This document shows positions 22,855-33,045 of a DNA stretch of 64,000 nt, in pieces; positions within the stretch are counted from its first letter, which is position 1, and every line of letters begins with the position of its first letter. The stretch is from an uncultured Actinomycetota bacterium (GTDB taxonomy: Bacteria; Actinomycetota; Actinomycetes; JAHEKZ01), in the NCBI GenBank assembly GCA_963829525.1, contig CAWHIJ010000003.1:1920001-1984000 (forward strand), written 5' to 3'. A program made the position numbers and the translations under genes. The notes beneath the pieces are model-generated. The model was given only the letters and a program-made list of their open reading frames with translations. It was not told where the DNA came from and did not search any database.

Positions 22855-23883
22855 TCACCGCTCGTGTTGCGCCTCTGGTCGAAGCACGCGCAACCCCGCA
22901 AGACTCACCAGCGGGTTGCTTCGGCGCCGTCCGGATGGACCCCAGTCGGCATAGCTGTGACCGCTGGCCACCCGATCGGCCGAGGGGGCGATGCGCTGCT
23001 CCAGCGGGAAGCCGCCGTCGGGGAGTCGCTTGGCCTCGAGCAACGCAAGCGCATCGGCGCACCGAGGGTCGCTGAGCCGCCCCAGCTCATCCATCACCTG
23101 CAGCGCGAAGAGCACGTCGAAGAACTGGATGGGGTAGCGGATCCGATCCGGACGACCGCCCCATCCGGGCATGATCAAGCGGCCATCGCTCAGGCGCCAC
23201 AACAGCCGCCGGGAGAGCATGAGCTCGGAGGCTCTCATCGCGGCATCGATGGCACGCTCGTATCCGTGCACCCGCCCGTACGCCCACAGACCCCGCACCG
23301 GGATGAGCGTCTCTTGGAAGGACGATGTGGTGGCCTCCAGACGCTTGTCGCAGTTCCAGCCCCCGTCTGGCCACTGCCAGTCGATCAGCCTGTCGACAGC
23401 TGAGCGAGTGCGCTCGTCCTCCACTCCGAGCCGGACCGAGTACCAGATCGCATTGCCGTCCATTGACGCGCAGTGGCGAACGCGATCCTCCTGGCCCGGG
23501 TAGACCGCGGTCAGAGGCGGTTCCTGGAAGTGCTTGGAGAAGAGCCAGTCATAGACGCAGCGCACCAACGGCCGCAGCGCCTCGTCGCCGGGCGGGTAGT
23601 CGATCGTGGCCAGACACGCCAGCGTCCAGTGCGGACCCTGCCACTTCCGGTACACGTGGTGAAGGGTCTTCTCGTCCTGCTCGAAGACCCGTAGCAGCGC
23701 CCGGGCGGTGGGCGAGCCGGCGATCTGCGCCCGCAGGCCGCGCACTTCCGCTGACCCGGGGGAATCGCCCGTCAGGAGCCTGGCCTTGTAGGCCACAACC
23801 GGATCATCGGATCCGCACAGCCTCTCGATGAGGTGCTGGGACCCCGCTGCCTGCCGCCCGGTGATGTCGGAGGCCTCGTCCAT
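22855..23883 (-). CDS. Uncharacterised prenyltransferase/squalene-cyclase-like (alpha/alpha) barrel protein
   Basis: QW-type repeats LIDWQWPDGGWNC and LEAKRLPDGGF; real start ATG 23883 inside ORF 22855..24864. Confidence 0.7.
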   Translation of the reverse strand: MDEASDITGRQAAGSQHLIERLCGSDDPVVAYKARLLTGDSPGSAEVRGLRAQIAGSPTARALLRVFEQDEKTLHHVYRKWQGPHWTLACLATIDYPPGDEALRPLVRCVYDWLFSKHFQEPPLTAVYPGQEDRVRHCASMDGNAIWYSVRLGVEDERTRSAVDRLIDWQWPDGGWNCDKRLEATTSSFQETLIPVRGLWAYGRVHGYERAIDAAMRASELMLSRRLLWRLSDGRLIMPGWGGRPDRIRYPIQFFDVLFALQVMDELGRLSDPRCADALALLEAKRLPDGGFPLEQRIAPSADRVASGHSYADWGPSGRRRSNPLVSLAGLRVLRPEAQHER

Positions 23884-24035
23884 ACCCGATGGTAGCGACG
23901 TCACACGTGGCCACCAGGCGAAGTGCACGGAGCAGCCCCCGGACGTCATGTGAGCCCAGATCTCCCCAACCTTCACAGTCGTGGCTCTCACGATGCATGT
24001 GCACTGGCGGGTCCCCGCGCAACGGGAGATTGGCC

Positions 24036-24057
24036 TGTCGGACCCTTCGTCTAGCGT
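24036..24057 (+). promoter_or_regulatory. PafBC (RecA-NDp) DNA-damage promoter
   Basis: Exact TGTCGG-N10-TAGCGT match to TGTCGG-N10-TA-N3-T, upstream of the DUF222/HNH gene. Confidence 0.8.
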
Positions 24058-24175
24058 TGGGGTTGTGTTCGACGCCGGGATGTGAGACCCGAGCACAGGG
24101 TGGTTCACGGAGACTGCACCACTGACGAGATCCCCGGCATCACCCATCGTCTTCTGGTTGTGGAGGTCTCCTGTC

Positions 24176-25540
24176 GTGCTCCCCATCCCGGTGCTGCCAC
24201 CGGCGGTTGCTGGTGTCCTGGCCGACACCCGCGCGCTCGCGGCTGTGCAGCCGGTGCCGGCCCGTGGGCCGGTGACGGCTGAGGAGCGGGCGGCGTGGCT
24301 GGCCGGGCTGCGACTGGTCATCGACGCCGCCGAGGCGGCGTTCACCACCGTGCTGGCTGACTTCGACGCCAACGGTGACGGCGCAGGTGCTGCACGCCGC
24401 CGCCTCGACCCAGGCGTGGCTCCGCGGCGCGCTCGGGATGGCCGCTGGTGAGGCGTCCGAACGGGTCCGGATCGCCCGCACCGCCGGCGACCTGCTGGCC
24501 GCACCGGTCGCCGCCCTCGTGGCAGAACCGCGCAGGGACGAGTCGCCGGGCCCGACCCTGGACGGCTCAGGGCTTGACGGCTCAGGGAAGGCGCGGACCC
24601 AACCGAGGTCACCTGTCGTACGAGCACCTCCGTACCATTCACCGCACGGCCCGCGCCTTGCCTCCCTCCGCCCGGCCCGACGGTGTCGGCGTCCTGACCG
24701 GGCTCGGCACCCAGCTCGAGCGTCGACGACCTGCGCAGCGCCGGGCGACACCTGCGCCACGTCATCGACCCCGACGGCTCGGCCCGGCACGCCGAGGAGG
24801 ACTTCGGACGCCGCTGGCTCAGCCTCGCGCCGATGCTCGACGGCATGCACTCCATCGACGGCATCCTCGACGCGGAAACGGCCGCGGGGCTGTCCGACCG
24901 CTCTGGCCCCGTTCCTCGTCCCCAGCGGCCCCGATGACACCCGCACCGTCAGACCAGCGCCGGGCCGACGGCCTCGCCGAGATCGTCGCCGTTGCGGTGC
25001 GCTCCGGTGCAGCTGCCGACCCTGTCAGGAGCGACCACCGCCCTGCAGGTCGAGGTCGACCTCGCGACCCTGACCGGCGACCAGCCCCACCCCGCGCGCA
25101 TCCCGGGCACGACCGGTACGCCCACGTGGCTCACCCCCGAAGCCGCAAGCCGCCTCGCCTGCGACACCACCGTCCGCCGGCTGCTCCTCGACCCGGACGG
25201 CATCCCCCTCAACCTCGGACGCGAGGTGCGCGTGTTCACCCCGGCCCAGCGACGCGCCCTCGCCACCCGCGACGGCGGATGCCGGTTCCCCGGCTGCGGC
25301 CGCCCACCGGTACACACCGACGCCCACCACCTCATCCCCTGGGCGCACGGCGGCCAGTCGAACCTCGACCAACGGCCTGCTCCTCTGCCGCCACCACCAC
25401 CGCACTGTCCATGAAGGTGGCTGGGTGATCCGGCCAGACCATCCCGCCCTGGGCGCCAACGGACACTCACCTTCCACGGGCCGACCGGCCAACGGCTGGT
25501 CTCTCCCCTGCCGGCAGCCCGCGCCGCACCTGGCCCCTGA
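24176..25540 (+). CDS. DUF222 / HNH endonuclease (REP13E12-like); multiple frameshifts
   Basis: QRRADGL, RLACD, LNLGREVRVFTPAQRRALATRDGGCRFPGC, DAHHLIPWAHGG, NGLLLCRHHHRTVHEGGW across frames; GGAGG RBS before GTG 24176. Confidence 0.88.
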
Positions 25541-25548
25541 GTGCCGGT

Positions 25549-25899
25549 GTGCCACGATCGCCACGTGTCTCCATCGATCGAGATCTCTCCTCGCACGGGC
25601 CACCCAACCCTGCCCTCGCCTCAGCCGTGACGGCCCTTCTCGCCCACCTCGAGGCGATCGCTGCCTCAGACTTCCAGGGCAAAGGGATCGGTGGCCGCAT
25701 GCTCGATCAGCTGATCGAAACAGCGCGGGCCACCGGGATCGAACAGCTGACCCTCGACGCCCGCGGCGACAACAGAGCAGCACACGCACTCTGGCGCTCA
25801 CGCGGCTTTGTCGAGTACGGCAGGATCGCGGATTTCGTCGCCGTCGGCGGCACACGCTACGACAAGACCTTCTGGGTGCTCGACCTACGCGCTGGCTAG
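25549..25899 (+). pseudogene. GNAT acetyltransferase, truncated or internally deleted
   Basis: FQGKGIGGRML acetyl-CoA motif, LTLDARGDNRAAHALWRSRGFVEYG; N-terminal half short and disrupted. Confidence 0.65.
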
Positions 25900-26645
25900 A
25901 CGACCTTCTCCATGACCTCGTCAGAGACGTCGAAGTTCGCCCAGACGTTCTGCACGTCGTCAGAATCCTCCAGCGCCTCAATCATCCGGAAGACCTTCCC
26001 GGCGCCGACCTCGTCCAATGGCACAACGACGCTCGGCACGAACGAGGCTTCGGCCGACTCGTAGTCGATGCCCGCTTCCTGCAGCGCTGAGCGCACCGCA
26101 ACGAGGTCTGTCGGTTCACTGACCACTTCGAAGGTCTCACCAAGGTCGTTGACCTCTTCGGCGCCGGCATCCAACACAGCAGTCAGCACGTCGTCCTCTG
26201 AGTGGCCCTCTTTGTCGACCAACACGATCCCTTTGCGCGTGAAGAGGTACGACACCGATCCGGGGTCGGCCATCGACCCGCCGTTGCGGGTCATCGCGAT
26301 CCGGACCTCCGAGGCCGCCCGGTTGCGGTTGTCGGTGAGGCACTCGATGAGAACGGCCACACCGCTTGGCCCATAGCCCTCGTACATGATCGTCTGCCAG
26401 TCAGCTCCACCAGCCTCGACACCAGAACCGCGCTTAACCGCACGGTCGATGTTGTCATTGGGAACCGACGTCCTCTTCGCCTTCTGGATGGCGTCGTAAA
26501 GCGTCGGGTTGCCGGCGGGGTCACCGCCGCCGGTGCGCGCAGCCACCTCGATGTTCTTGATCAACTTCGCGAACAGCTTGCCGCGCCGAGCGTCAACGAC
26601 GGCCTTCTTGTGCTTGGTGGTGGCCCATTTGGAGTGGCCGGACAT
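25896..26645 (-). CDS. yebC: YebC/PmpR family protein
   Basis: [41 protein letters not shown]. Confidence 0.96.
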   Translation of the reverse strand: MSGHSKWATTKHKKAVVDARRGKLFAKLIKNIEVAARTGGGDPAGNPTLYDAIQKAKRTSVPNDNIDRAVKRGSGVEAGGADWQTIMYEGYGPSGVAVLIECLTDNRNRAASEVRIAMTRNGGSMADPGSVSYLFTRKGIVLVDKEGHSEDDVLTAVLDAGAEEVNDLGETFEVVSEPTDLVAVRSALQEAGIDYESAEASFVPSVVVPLDEVGAGKVFRMIEALEDSDDVQNVWANFDVSDEVMEKVV

Positions 26646-26708
26646 TGCTCGCTCCTCAAGGTGCTGCTCGAACGGTTCACAGGTCGGACGTTCATTGGTG
26701 CTGTTGAC

Positions 26709-27332
26709 TCAGCCGGCCTCGCGCACCATCGACACGAAGTACTCGTGAATCCGGTGGTCTCCGGTGAGCTCTGGGTGGAACGACGTGGCCAGCACTCGGC
26801 CTTGTCGAACCGCAACGACTCTACCCGCGGCCGGCCCCGACTCGACATGGCCGAGGACCTCGACCCCGTCGCCCACCGACTCGACCCAGGGCGCGCGGAT
26901 GAAGACCGCATGGACCGGAGGACCGACAAGGACCGGCATGGCCAGGTCCGCCTCGAATGAGTCGACCTGGCGTCCGAAGGCGTTCCGGCGCACCACCATG
27001 TCGACGCCGCCAATCGTCTGCTGATCGGGCCGGCCCCCTTCGAGCCGGTCGGCAAGCATGATCATCCCTGCGCATGAGCCGTACATAGGCAGGCCGGACG
27101 CCTGCGCGTCACGGAGCGGAGCGATGAGGCCGAAGTCGACGGCAAGCTTGCTCATCGTGGTCGACTCGCCGCCGGGGATCACCAGGGCGTCGACAACCAT
27201 GAGCTCGTCAGGCGTGCGCACCCGCGCGGTCCTGGCGCCACACGACTTCAGGGCCTGCTCGTGCTCGCGCACGTCCCCCTGGAGGGCGAGGACTCCGATC
27301 AGCGGCGCGCCAGCGGGAACTGCTGCCGTCAC
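26709..27332 (-). CDS. pdxT: PLP synthase glutaminase subunit
   Basis: [39 protein letters not shown]. Confidence 0.96.
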   Translation of the reverse strand: MTAAVPAGAPLIGVLALQGDVREHEQALKSCGARTARVRTPDELMVVDALVIPGGESTTMSKLAVDFGLIAPLRDAQASGLPMYGSCAGMIMLADRLEGGRPDQQTIGGVDMVVRRNAFGRQVDSFEADLAMPVLVGPPVHAVFIRAPWVESVGDGVEVLGHVESGPAAGRVVAVRQGRVLATSFHPELTGDHRIHEYFVSMVREAG

Positions 27333-28246
27333 CAGCCCCGTCCGGCGTAGCGCTCGGACTCGGGCAGCGTGTCGATGTTGATTCCGACCATCGCCTCTCC
27401 GAGCCCACGCGACACCTTGGCGATGACGTCAGGGTTGTCGTAGTGCAGGGTCGCTTGCACGATCGCGTTCGCCCGCTTGGCCGGGTCGCCGGACTTGAAG
27501 ATCCCAGAGCCGACGAATACGCCCTCGGCGCCGAGCTGCATCATCATGGCGGCGTCCGCCGGGGTGGCCAGACCGCCGGCGGTGAACATCACGACCGGGA
27601 GCTTGCCGGTGTCGTGCACCTCACGAACCAGGTCGTAGGGGGCGCCGAGCTCTTTGGCGGCGTTGAACAGCTCTTCCTCGCCAAGACCATGGATGCGCCT
27701 GATGTCGCCGAGTATCTGACGCATGTGCCGAGTCGCCTCGACGACGTTGCCGGTGCCAGCCTCGCCCTTGGAGCGAATCATTGCCGCGCCTTCGCCGATC
27801 CTGCGCAGCGCTTCTCCGAGGTTGGTCGCTCCGCAGACGAACGGAACGGTGAACTGCCACTTGTCGATGTGCAGCTTCTCGTCGGCTGGGGTCAGCACCT
27901 CGGACTCGTCGAGGTAGTCGACTCCGAGAGACTGCAGCACCTGCGCCTCGACGAAGTGGCCGATCCTGGCCTTGGCCATCACCGGGATCGAAACCGCCTC
28001 GATGATGCCGTCGATCATGTCGGGGTCGGACATGCGCGCGACACCGCCATCCTTGCGGATGTCGGCAGGAACCCGCTCGAGTGCCATGACGGCAACGGCG
28101 CCGGCGTCTTCGGCGATCTTGGCCTGCTCGGGGGTGACGACATCCATGATCACCCCGCCCTTGAGCATCTCGGCCATGCCCCGCTTGACGCGGGAGGTAC
28201 CGATCTGGGGCGTGCTGTCGGCGTTCGATGACACATTCGCGGACAC
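27329..28246 (-). CDS. pdxS: PLP synthase lyase subunit
   Basis: [50 protein letters not shown]. Confidence 0.97.
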   Translation of the reverse strand: MSANVSSNADSTPQIGTSRVKRGMAEMLKGGVIMDVVTPEQAKIAEDAGAVAVMALERVPADIRKDGGVARMSDPDMIDGIIEAVSIPVMAKARIGHFVEAQVLQSLGVDYLDESEVLTPADEKLHIDKWQFTVPFVCGATNLGEALRRIGEGAAMIRSKGEAGTGNVVEATRHMRQILGDIRRIHGLGEEELFNAAKELGAPYDLVREVHDTGKLPVVMFTAGGLATPADAAMMMQLGAEGVFVGSGIFKSGDPAKRANAIVQATLHYDNPDVIAKVSRGLGEAMVGINIDTLPESERYAGRGW

Positions 28247-28348
28247 GGGAGACCTCACTCAGGCGGTGTACGGGCGCCGAGCCAGGACTCCCCTGGCGAC
28301 CGGCGATACCTCATCGTACGGGGCGTGCGGCTTCCCCGCCCCCGCGGC

Positions 28349-29365
28349 TCAACGGATCTGCGGGCGGCGGTCGTTATCGAGGAGGACGATCCATACCTGA
28401 CCGGGGTCGAGCGCGATCTCGTCTCCCCGGTACTCCCAGGTGGTACCTGCCTCGGCGTTGGGCCGCGACCAGGTGACCGGCCAGACCTCCCCGTCGCGGA
28501 ACATCCAGGCTTCGCCCTTGCCGACCGTCTCGGTAGTCGGCGTCGGTGCGCCGTTGGGGTCGACGATGTCGGAGGGGTAGACATCGACCCGCTGGATGAT
28601 GACGGTCGTTCCACCAAGCTGCGGCCCATCGGTGGTCATCGACGGGGAGCCATCCATCGAGAGCAGCCACCGGTCGTCCTTCTTCGACCACTCGAACTTG
28701 GCCTCCGCGCTCGGCCAGAACGCAGTTACCTCCCGGACCTTTCGCCCCCCTGGCGGCATTTCGTCATCGAAGGTGAATCCGACGTCTTTGGCTACGGTCG
28801 CGTTGCGCGCGCCCTTCAGGAGTTGGCGAGGATCGGCAAAGAGGTCCCACGGCGCCGAGCGATCCGGGTTGCGGCTGTAGCCAGCCGCACCGGCGTCATT
28901 GCTCAGCGGATAGAGCGGAGCCTGCGCGATCTGGGCGAGAACTCTTGGGTTGGCTCCGCTGAAGGCGAAGGCAACCTTGCCGTACTGCTCCAGGATCTCC
29001 AGGTCACTCACCCTGGCGCTGCGGACCGGCCCCATGACCTTTGGATATCTGGACGAAAAGATCCCCATCATCCGGGTCAGCCCGTACTCGACCTCTTCGA
29101 TGTAGACCACATCTGCAGCCATCAAGCCCGCATGTGGATGGCTGTTCACGGTGTTGTCGAACTTGACGGCGAGTACCTGCCCGTCCTTACCCCGGCGGCC
29201 GGAGAGCAGCGTCGTTGGCGGCTCTGGCGTCGGTGATGCGGCCGGTGTCGGCGACGGGACGGCCGGTGCAGCCGCCGGCTCACCGGAGTTGAAGGCCACG
29301 AAGGAGCCGCCGGCAACGATGGCCGCTGCACCCAGGCCAGCCAGTACCCCCCACTTACGATTCAT
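28349..29365 (-). CDS. DUF3048 domain secreted/anchored protein
   Basis: N-terminal hydrophobic segment, AVKFDN, ADVVYIEEVEYGLTR, GPVRSAR, LDPGQVWI. Confidence 0.85.
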   Translation of the reverse strand: MNRKWGVLAGLGAAAIVAGGSFVAFNSGEPAAAPAVPSPTPAASPTPEPPTTLLSGRRGKDGQVLAVKFDNTVNSHPHAGLMAADVVYIEEVEYGLTRMMGIFSSRYPKVMGPVRSARVSDLEILEQYGKVAFAFSGANPRVLAQIAQAPLYPLSNDAGAAGYSRNPDRSAPWDLFADPRQLLKGARNATVAKDVGFTFDDEMPPGGRKVREVTAFWPSAEAKFEWSKKDDRWLLSMDGSPSMTTDGPQLGGTTVIIQRVDVYPSDIVDPNGAPTPTTETVGKGEAWMFRDGEVWPVTWSRPNAEAGTTWEYRGDEIALDPGQVWIVLLDNDRRPQIR

Positions 29366-29375
29366 GCATTCCAGG

Positions 29376-29942
29376 CTATGCGGAATCAAGGGCGAACTGA
29401 GCCAAGGCGTCCGGCGGCGCGTCGTCGAGGTCGCGGCTCTGCGGCCACGGCGCGTGGCCCGCCAAGCGCAGGGCCTTCACAACACCGCGCCGCCTGACGG
29501 CTACCGCGGCCCTGACTGAGTCGTTGGCAAAGCGCCTCGCCAGCACCACTCCCTGACCGACCTCGGCCAACTCGGCGAGCAAAATCTGAGAATCGGGGTC
29601 AGCGGCGAGCTCCTCGACGGTTTCCTGGTCACCGAAGACAGCGCGCAGCGCCCTACTCAGATCGCTCTCGGCAGCCATCCGAATGGGTCCTGTGCGCTCG
29701 GTGTGCTGAGCCGCCGACGCTGCATCGAGAAGCAGCACGGCACTGACCGGGTCCAAGCCACCTTCCAAGGCCACCTCGCGGGTCAGCGCTGCTCGACGCT
29801 CCAGCCGAGCGTCGAGCACTGCCTCAGATGCCTCCACCCGCAGGTGCAGCCGATCCAGCCGCGCAGCCAGACCGCGGACATAAAGCCCCAGAAACAGCAC
29901 GGGCAGGACGAGCAGGACCAGCGCCAGCTCCCAGCCGTTCAC
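29376..29942 (-). CDS. Conserved membrane protein of the pim operon (LemA-like)
   Basis: TM helix, RLDRLHLRVE, ESDLSRAL, ARRFAND, LRLAGHAPWP; conserved downstream of pimA. Confidence 0.75.
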   Translation of the reverse strand: MNGWELALVLLVLPVLFLGLYVRGLAARLDRLHLRVEASEAVLDARLERRAALTREVALEGGLDPVSAVLLLDAASAAQHTERTGPIRMAAESDLSRALRAVFGDQETVEELAADPDSQILLAELAEVGQGVVLARRFANDSVRAAVAVRRRGVVKALRLAGHAPWPQSRDLDDAPPDALAQFALDSA

Positions 29943-31198
29943 CGGCTCTCTCCCTCATCGGAACTGGCGGAATCGCGTCCAGCATCATGAGCCGCGGTTG
30001 CATCCGAACTCAGACCACTGGGTGCACTCCCACCGCGTCCCCTCAGCCGACCCGCGAACATGCCCGGGCCTTGGCGGTCATCTTCTTGAACCTTCTCGCC
30101 GTGGCCCGCGATCGTGTCGTAGACCGCGATCACTTGCCTGGCCACTCGGGTCCAGTCGTACTCGCGAGCTCGCGCCGACCCCGCAACCGTCAGCTCAGCG
30201 CGTCGACCTTGGTCGGCCAGCAGGGCTGAGGCAGCGCTCGCCAAAGCAGCCGCATTGCCTGTGGCGAAGAGGGCCCCACATCGGCCACCGTCCAAAACGT
30301 CCTGGAAGGCAGGTAGATCACTGGCCAAGACCGGGCTGCCAGCCGCCATCGCTTCCAACAGCACGATTCCAAAGCTCTCGCCACCTATGTGGGGTGCTAC
30401 ATACAGGTCGACGGAGGAAAGCAGTGCAGCCTTCTCCTGCTCGCTGACTCGCCCCAGCAGGTGAACCCGACGAGCGATATCAGCAGGTAGGTCCTCCAGA
30501 GCGTTGGTCTCCCCCGGCCCCGCGACGAGGAGTTGCAGGTCAGGACACTCGGCGGCCATCGCGGGCAGCGCCGCTAGGAGTACCTCAAGGCCCTTGCGTG
30601 ACTCGTCCACCCTGCCCAAAAAGGCGATGCTGCCCGGTCTGGACCACTCCGGACGGGAGGCGGCAGAGGCAAACCGCTCCACATCGACGCCGTTGGGGAC
30701 GAGCACGGCGTCTCCGCCGAGGTGCTCAACGACAGTGCGGCGAGCCTCCTCGCTCACGGCGATCCTTGCCCGAACCTTCTCCAATGTGGCCTGGAGAATC
30801 CAGGCGCCGCCGCTCATCATTCTTGACCGGCCGTCGATCGCTGCATGAAACGTCGCCACGATTGGTCCGATCGCCGACCAGCAGGCCATCATCCCGAGGC
30901 TTGGCGTGACCGGGGAGTGGACGTGCAACACGTCAAACTCCCCCTCACGGATCCACCGCCTCACCCGGGAGGCCGAGCGCGGCCCGAAGGAGACGCGGGC
31001 CACCGAGCCGTTGTACGGGACCGGGATCGATCGACCGGCGATGGTCACGTAGTCGGCTCGCTCCTCCGATTCATCGCCTGGCGCGAGGACCGACACGTCG
31101 AGCCCGACGTCGATGAGCGCCTCAGCCAGATCGTGCACATGAATCGCGACGCCGCTCGGCACGTTCCAGTCATAGGGGCAGACGATGCCGACCTTCAT
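29939..31198 (-). CDS. pimA: Phosphatidyl-myo-inositol alpha-mannosyltransferase (GT4)
   Basis: MKVGIVCPY, PYNGSVAR, FDVLHVH, GGESFGIVLLEAMAAG; pgsA-patA-pimA synteny. Confidence 0.92.
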   Translation of the reverse strand: MKVGIVCPYDWNVPSGVAIHVHDLAEALIDVGLDVSVLAPGDESEERADYVTIAGRSIPVPYNGSVARVSFGPRSASRVRRWIREGEFDVLHVHSPVTPSLGMMACWSAIGPIVATFHAAIDGRSRMMSGGAWILQATLEKVRARIAVSEEARRTVVEHLGGDAVLVPNGVDVERFASAASRPEWSRPGSIAFLGRVDESRKGLEVLLAALPAMAAECPDLQLLVAGPGETNALEDLPADIARRVHLLGRVSEQEKAALLSSVDLYVAPHIGGESFGIVLLEAMAAGSPVLASDLPAFQDVLDGGRCGALFATGNAAALASAASALLADQGRRAELTVAGSARAREYDWTRVARQVIAVYDTIAGHGEKVQEDDRQGPGMFAGRLRGRGGSAPSGLSSDATAAHDAGRDSASSDEGESR

Positions 31199-32190
31199 TG
31201 CGCCTCCCCCGTCGCCGATCCAGATGACCCTTCCCGCTCAGCAGCAGCAGAGACCAGATCTGCAGTCCAGACCGGCTGCAGCATGTGCCAGTCACGGGCA
31301 CGATCACGGGCGGCTTGCCCGACGATTGTCGCCCACTGCTGGGTGAGGTCTTTGACCCCGTCACGCACACGAGGCGCCGAGGTCGACAGCGGCGGTAAGA
31401 AATCGATCCTCGTGTGGGTGCTGTCGTAGGAGGAGAGGACGGGTAGGAGGACCGAGCCGGTGCGCAGGGCCAAGAGGGCGGGGCCTGCCGGAAGCTTGGC
31501 CGGCTCGCCGAGCAGGTCGACATCCAGACCGGCGCCGCCGAGATCGCGATCTGCAAGGAGCGCCACAAGCCCGCCTGCACGCAGTCGTTCCTGGAGAACC
31601 CCGGCGACGTCAGGTCCGCCGGTGAGAGGTACGACCTCCATCCCGAGGGACTCGCGGTAGGCAACGAACCGGTCGTACAGCGACTCCGGCCTCAGCCGTT
31701 CGGCGACAGTGGTGAACGGCACACCCTGCGTCGTCACCCAGGCCCCGCCGTGGTCCCAGTTGCCGAAGTGCCCCAGCACCGCCACGACCCCTTGGCCGGA
31801 CGCCAGCGGATCGAAGAGCCGCTCCGGATTGCTGGCGACCAAGCGGGCGCGGATCTCGTCCCTCGACCACTGCGGGAGCCGGAAGGCCTCCCGCCAGTAC
31901 CGCAGGTAGGAGCGCATGGCCGTCTGGGTCAACTCATTCAGCTCACCTTCGCCCAGCTCGGGACGAGCGCGCGCAAGGTTGGCGCGCAGCTGCATCACCC
32001 CACGGCCTTCACGGCCAGCTGCGCGGTCAGCGATCGCGTCGAACGCCCGCGTCACCCAAGGCTCGGGCAGCCGCTGGGAAAGGCCCCAACCCGCGTGGTA
32101 CCCGACCGTGGAGGCCGCCGACGTAACTCTGGCCATCGCGCGATCGCGCGCAACGAGAAGGGGGCCGCTGGCCCTGGCGACCGATGCCAT
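31195..32190 (-). CDS. patA: Phosphatidylinositol mannoside acyltransferase
   Basis: SYLRYWREAFRLP, HFGNWD (HX4D), AERLRPE, LLADRDL, WHMLQP. Confidence 0.9.
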   Translation of the reverse strand: MASVARASGPLLVARDRAMARVTSAASTVGYHAGWGLSQRLPEPWVTRAFDAIADRAAGREGRGVMQLRANLARARPELGEGELNELTQTAMRSYLRYWREAFRLPQWSRDEIRARLVASNPERLFDPLASGQGVVAVLGHFGNWDHGGAWVTTQGVPFTTVAERLRPESLYDRFVAYRESLGMEVVPLTGGPDVAGVLQERLRAGGLVALLADRDLGGAGLDVDLLGEPAKLPAGPALLALRTGSVLLPVLSSYDSTHTRIDFLPPLSTSAPRVRDGVKDLTQQWATIVGQAARDRARDWHMLQPVWTADLVSAAAEREGSSGSATGEAQ

Positions 32191-32194
32191 CGGA

Positions 32195-32809
32195 CTACCG
32201 GGGCAGCAGCTGGCGGCGGACGGCCCAGATCCGCTGCACCACCGTGACCCACGCGAGGACGGCAACCAACCATAGGCCTGTGTTCAGGACCCAGGGGGCG
32301 TCAAACAGGCCGGCGACAAGAGCGGTAGCGAGGACCAGCACAAGACGCTCGGTCCGTTCGGCGATACCGGTACTGGCGTCGGCGCCGAGGCCCTCAGCCC
32401 GAGCCCTCGCGTAGGAGACCATCAAGCCGCCCACCAGCGCGGCAAGAGTCACCCCCGCCATCGTCGTGTCGGCGCCGTCGCCGGCGAACCACAGCGCGAT
32501 GCCGCAGAAGATCGCAGCATCGGCGACTCGGTCGAGCGTTGAGTCGAGGAATGCACCCCACGTCGATGGTCGTCCGGCCAACCGGGCCATGGTGCCGTCA
32601 AGGGAGTCGGAGAACACGAAGATGCCGATCACCAGCGTGCCGACGAGGAAGTCACCGCGGGGAAAGAAATAGAGGGCGGCAACCGAGGTGCCGAAGGTAC
32701 CGACGACCGTCACGGCGTCCGGGCTCACCTTCAGCTTCAACAGCAGTGCGGCCACTGGCGTGAAGACCCGTCGGGCCACCCCGCGCCCGGCATCTGTGAA
32801 GCCGCCCAC
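32195..32809 (-). CDS. pgsA: Phosphatidylinositol phosphate synthase (CDP-alcohol phosphatidyltransferase)
   Basis: DSLDGTMAR...GAFLDSTLDR motif, SYARARAE, ERTER. Confidence 0.92.
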   Translation of the reverse strand: MGGFTDAGRGVARRVFTPVAALLLKLKVSPDAVTVVGTFGTSVAALYFFPRGDFLVGTLVIGIFVFSDSLDGTMARLAGRPSTWGAFLDSTLDRVADAAIFCGIALWFAGDGADTTMAGVTLAALVGGLMVSYARARAEGLGADASTGIAERTERLVLVLATALVAGLFDAPWVLNTGLWLVAVLAWVTVVQRIWAVRRQLLPR

Positions 32810-32842
32810 CTCGAGCTCCCGCCTCTCGCCGTCGGTTGCAGC

Positions 32843-32886
32843 GCCCTGCTTGTGCCCTGCCTGTGCCCTGCCTGTGCCCTGCCCAG
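32843..32886. repeat. 11-bp tandem repeat (GCCCTGCCTGT x4) in the pgsA / EF-G2 divergent intergenic region
   Basis: gccctgcttgt gccctgcctgt gccctgcctgt gccctgcccag. Confidence 0.85.
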
Positions 32887-33045
32887 TGAACAGAACGGAG
32901 CACCCTCCGCACAGCGAGGGTAGCGATCACCCACCCCGGCAAGGCGCTCGCCTCCGACCGGGACCATTGGACACTTGCCCCCGCCGATCCGGGCGAGCAG
33001 GGTGGGGACGTCCACGAGACGGTTGACGCACGAGAGGGACAGACC

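Noticed and set aside
23884-24864. Long N-terminal extension of the 669-aa ORF 22855..24864
   Set aside because: Antisense shadow of the HNH gene, Arg/Pro/Ala-rich; the credible start is ATG 23883
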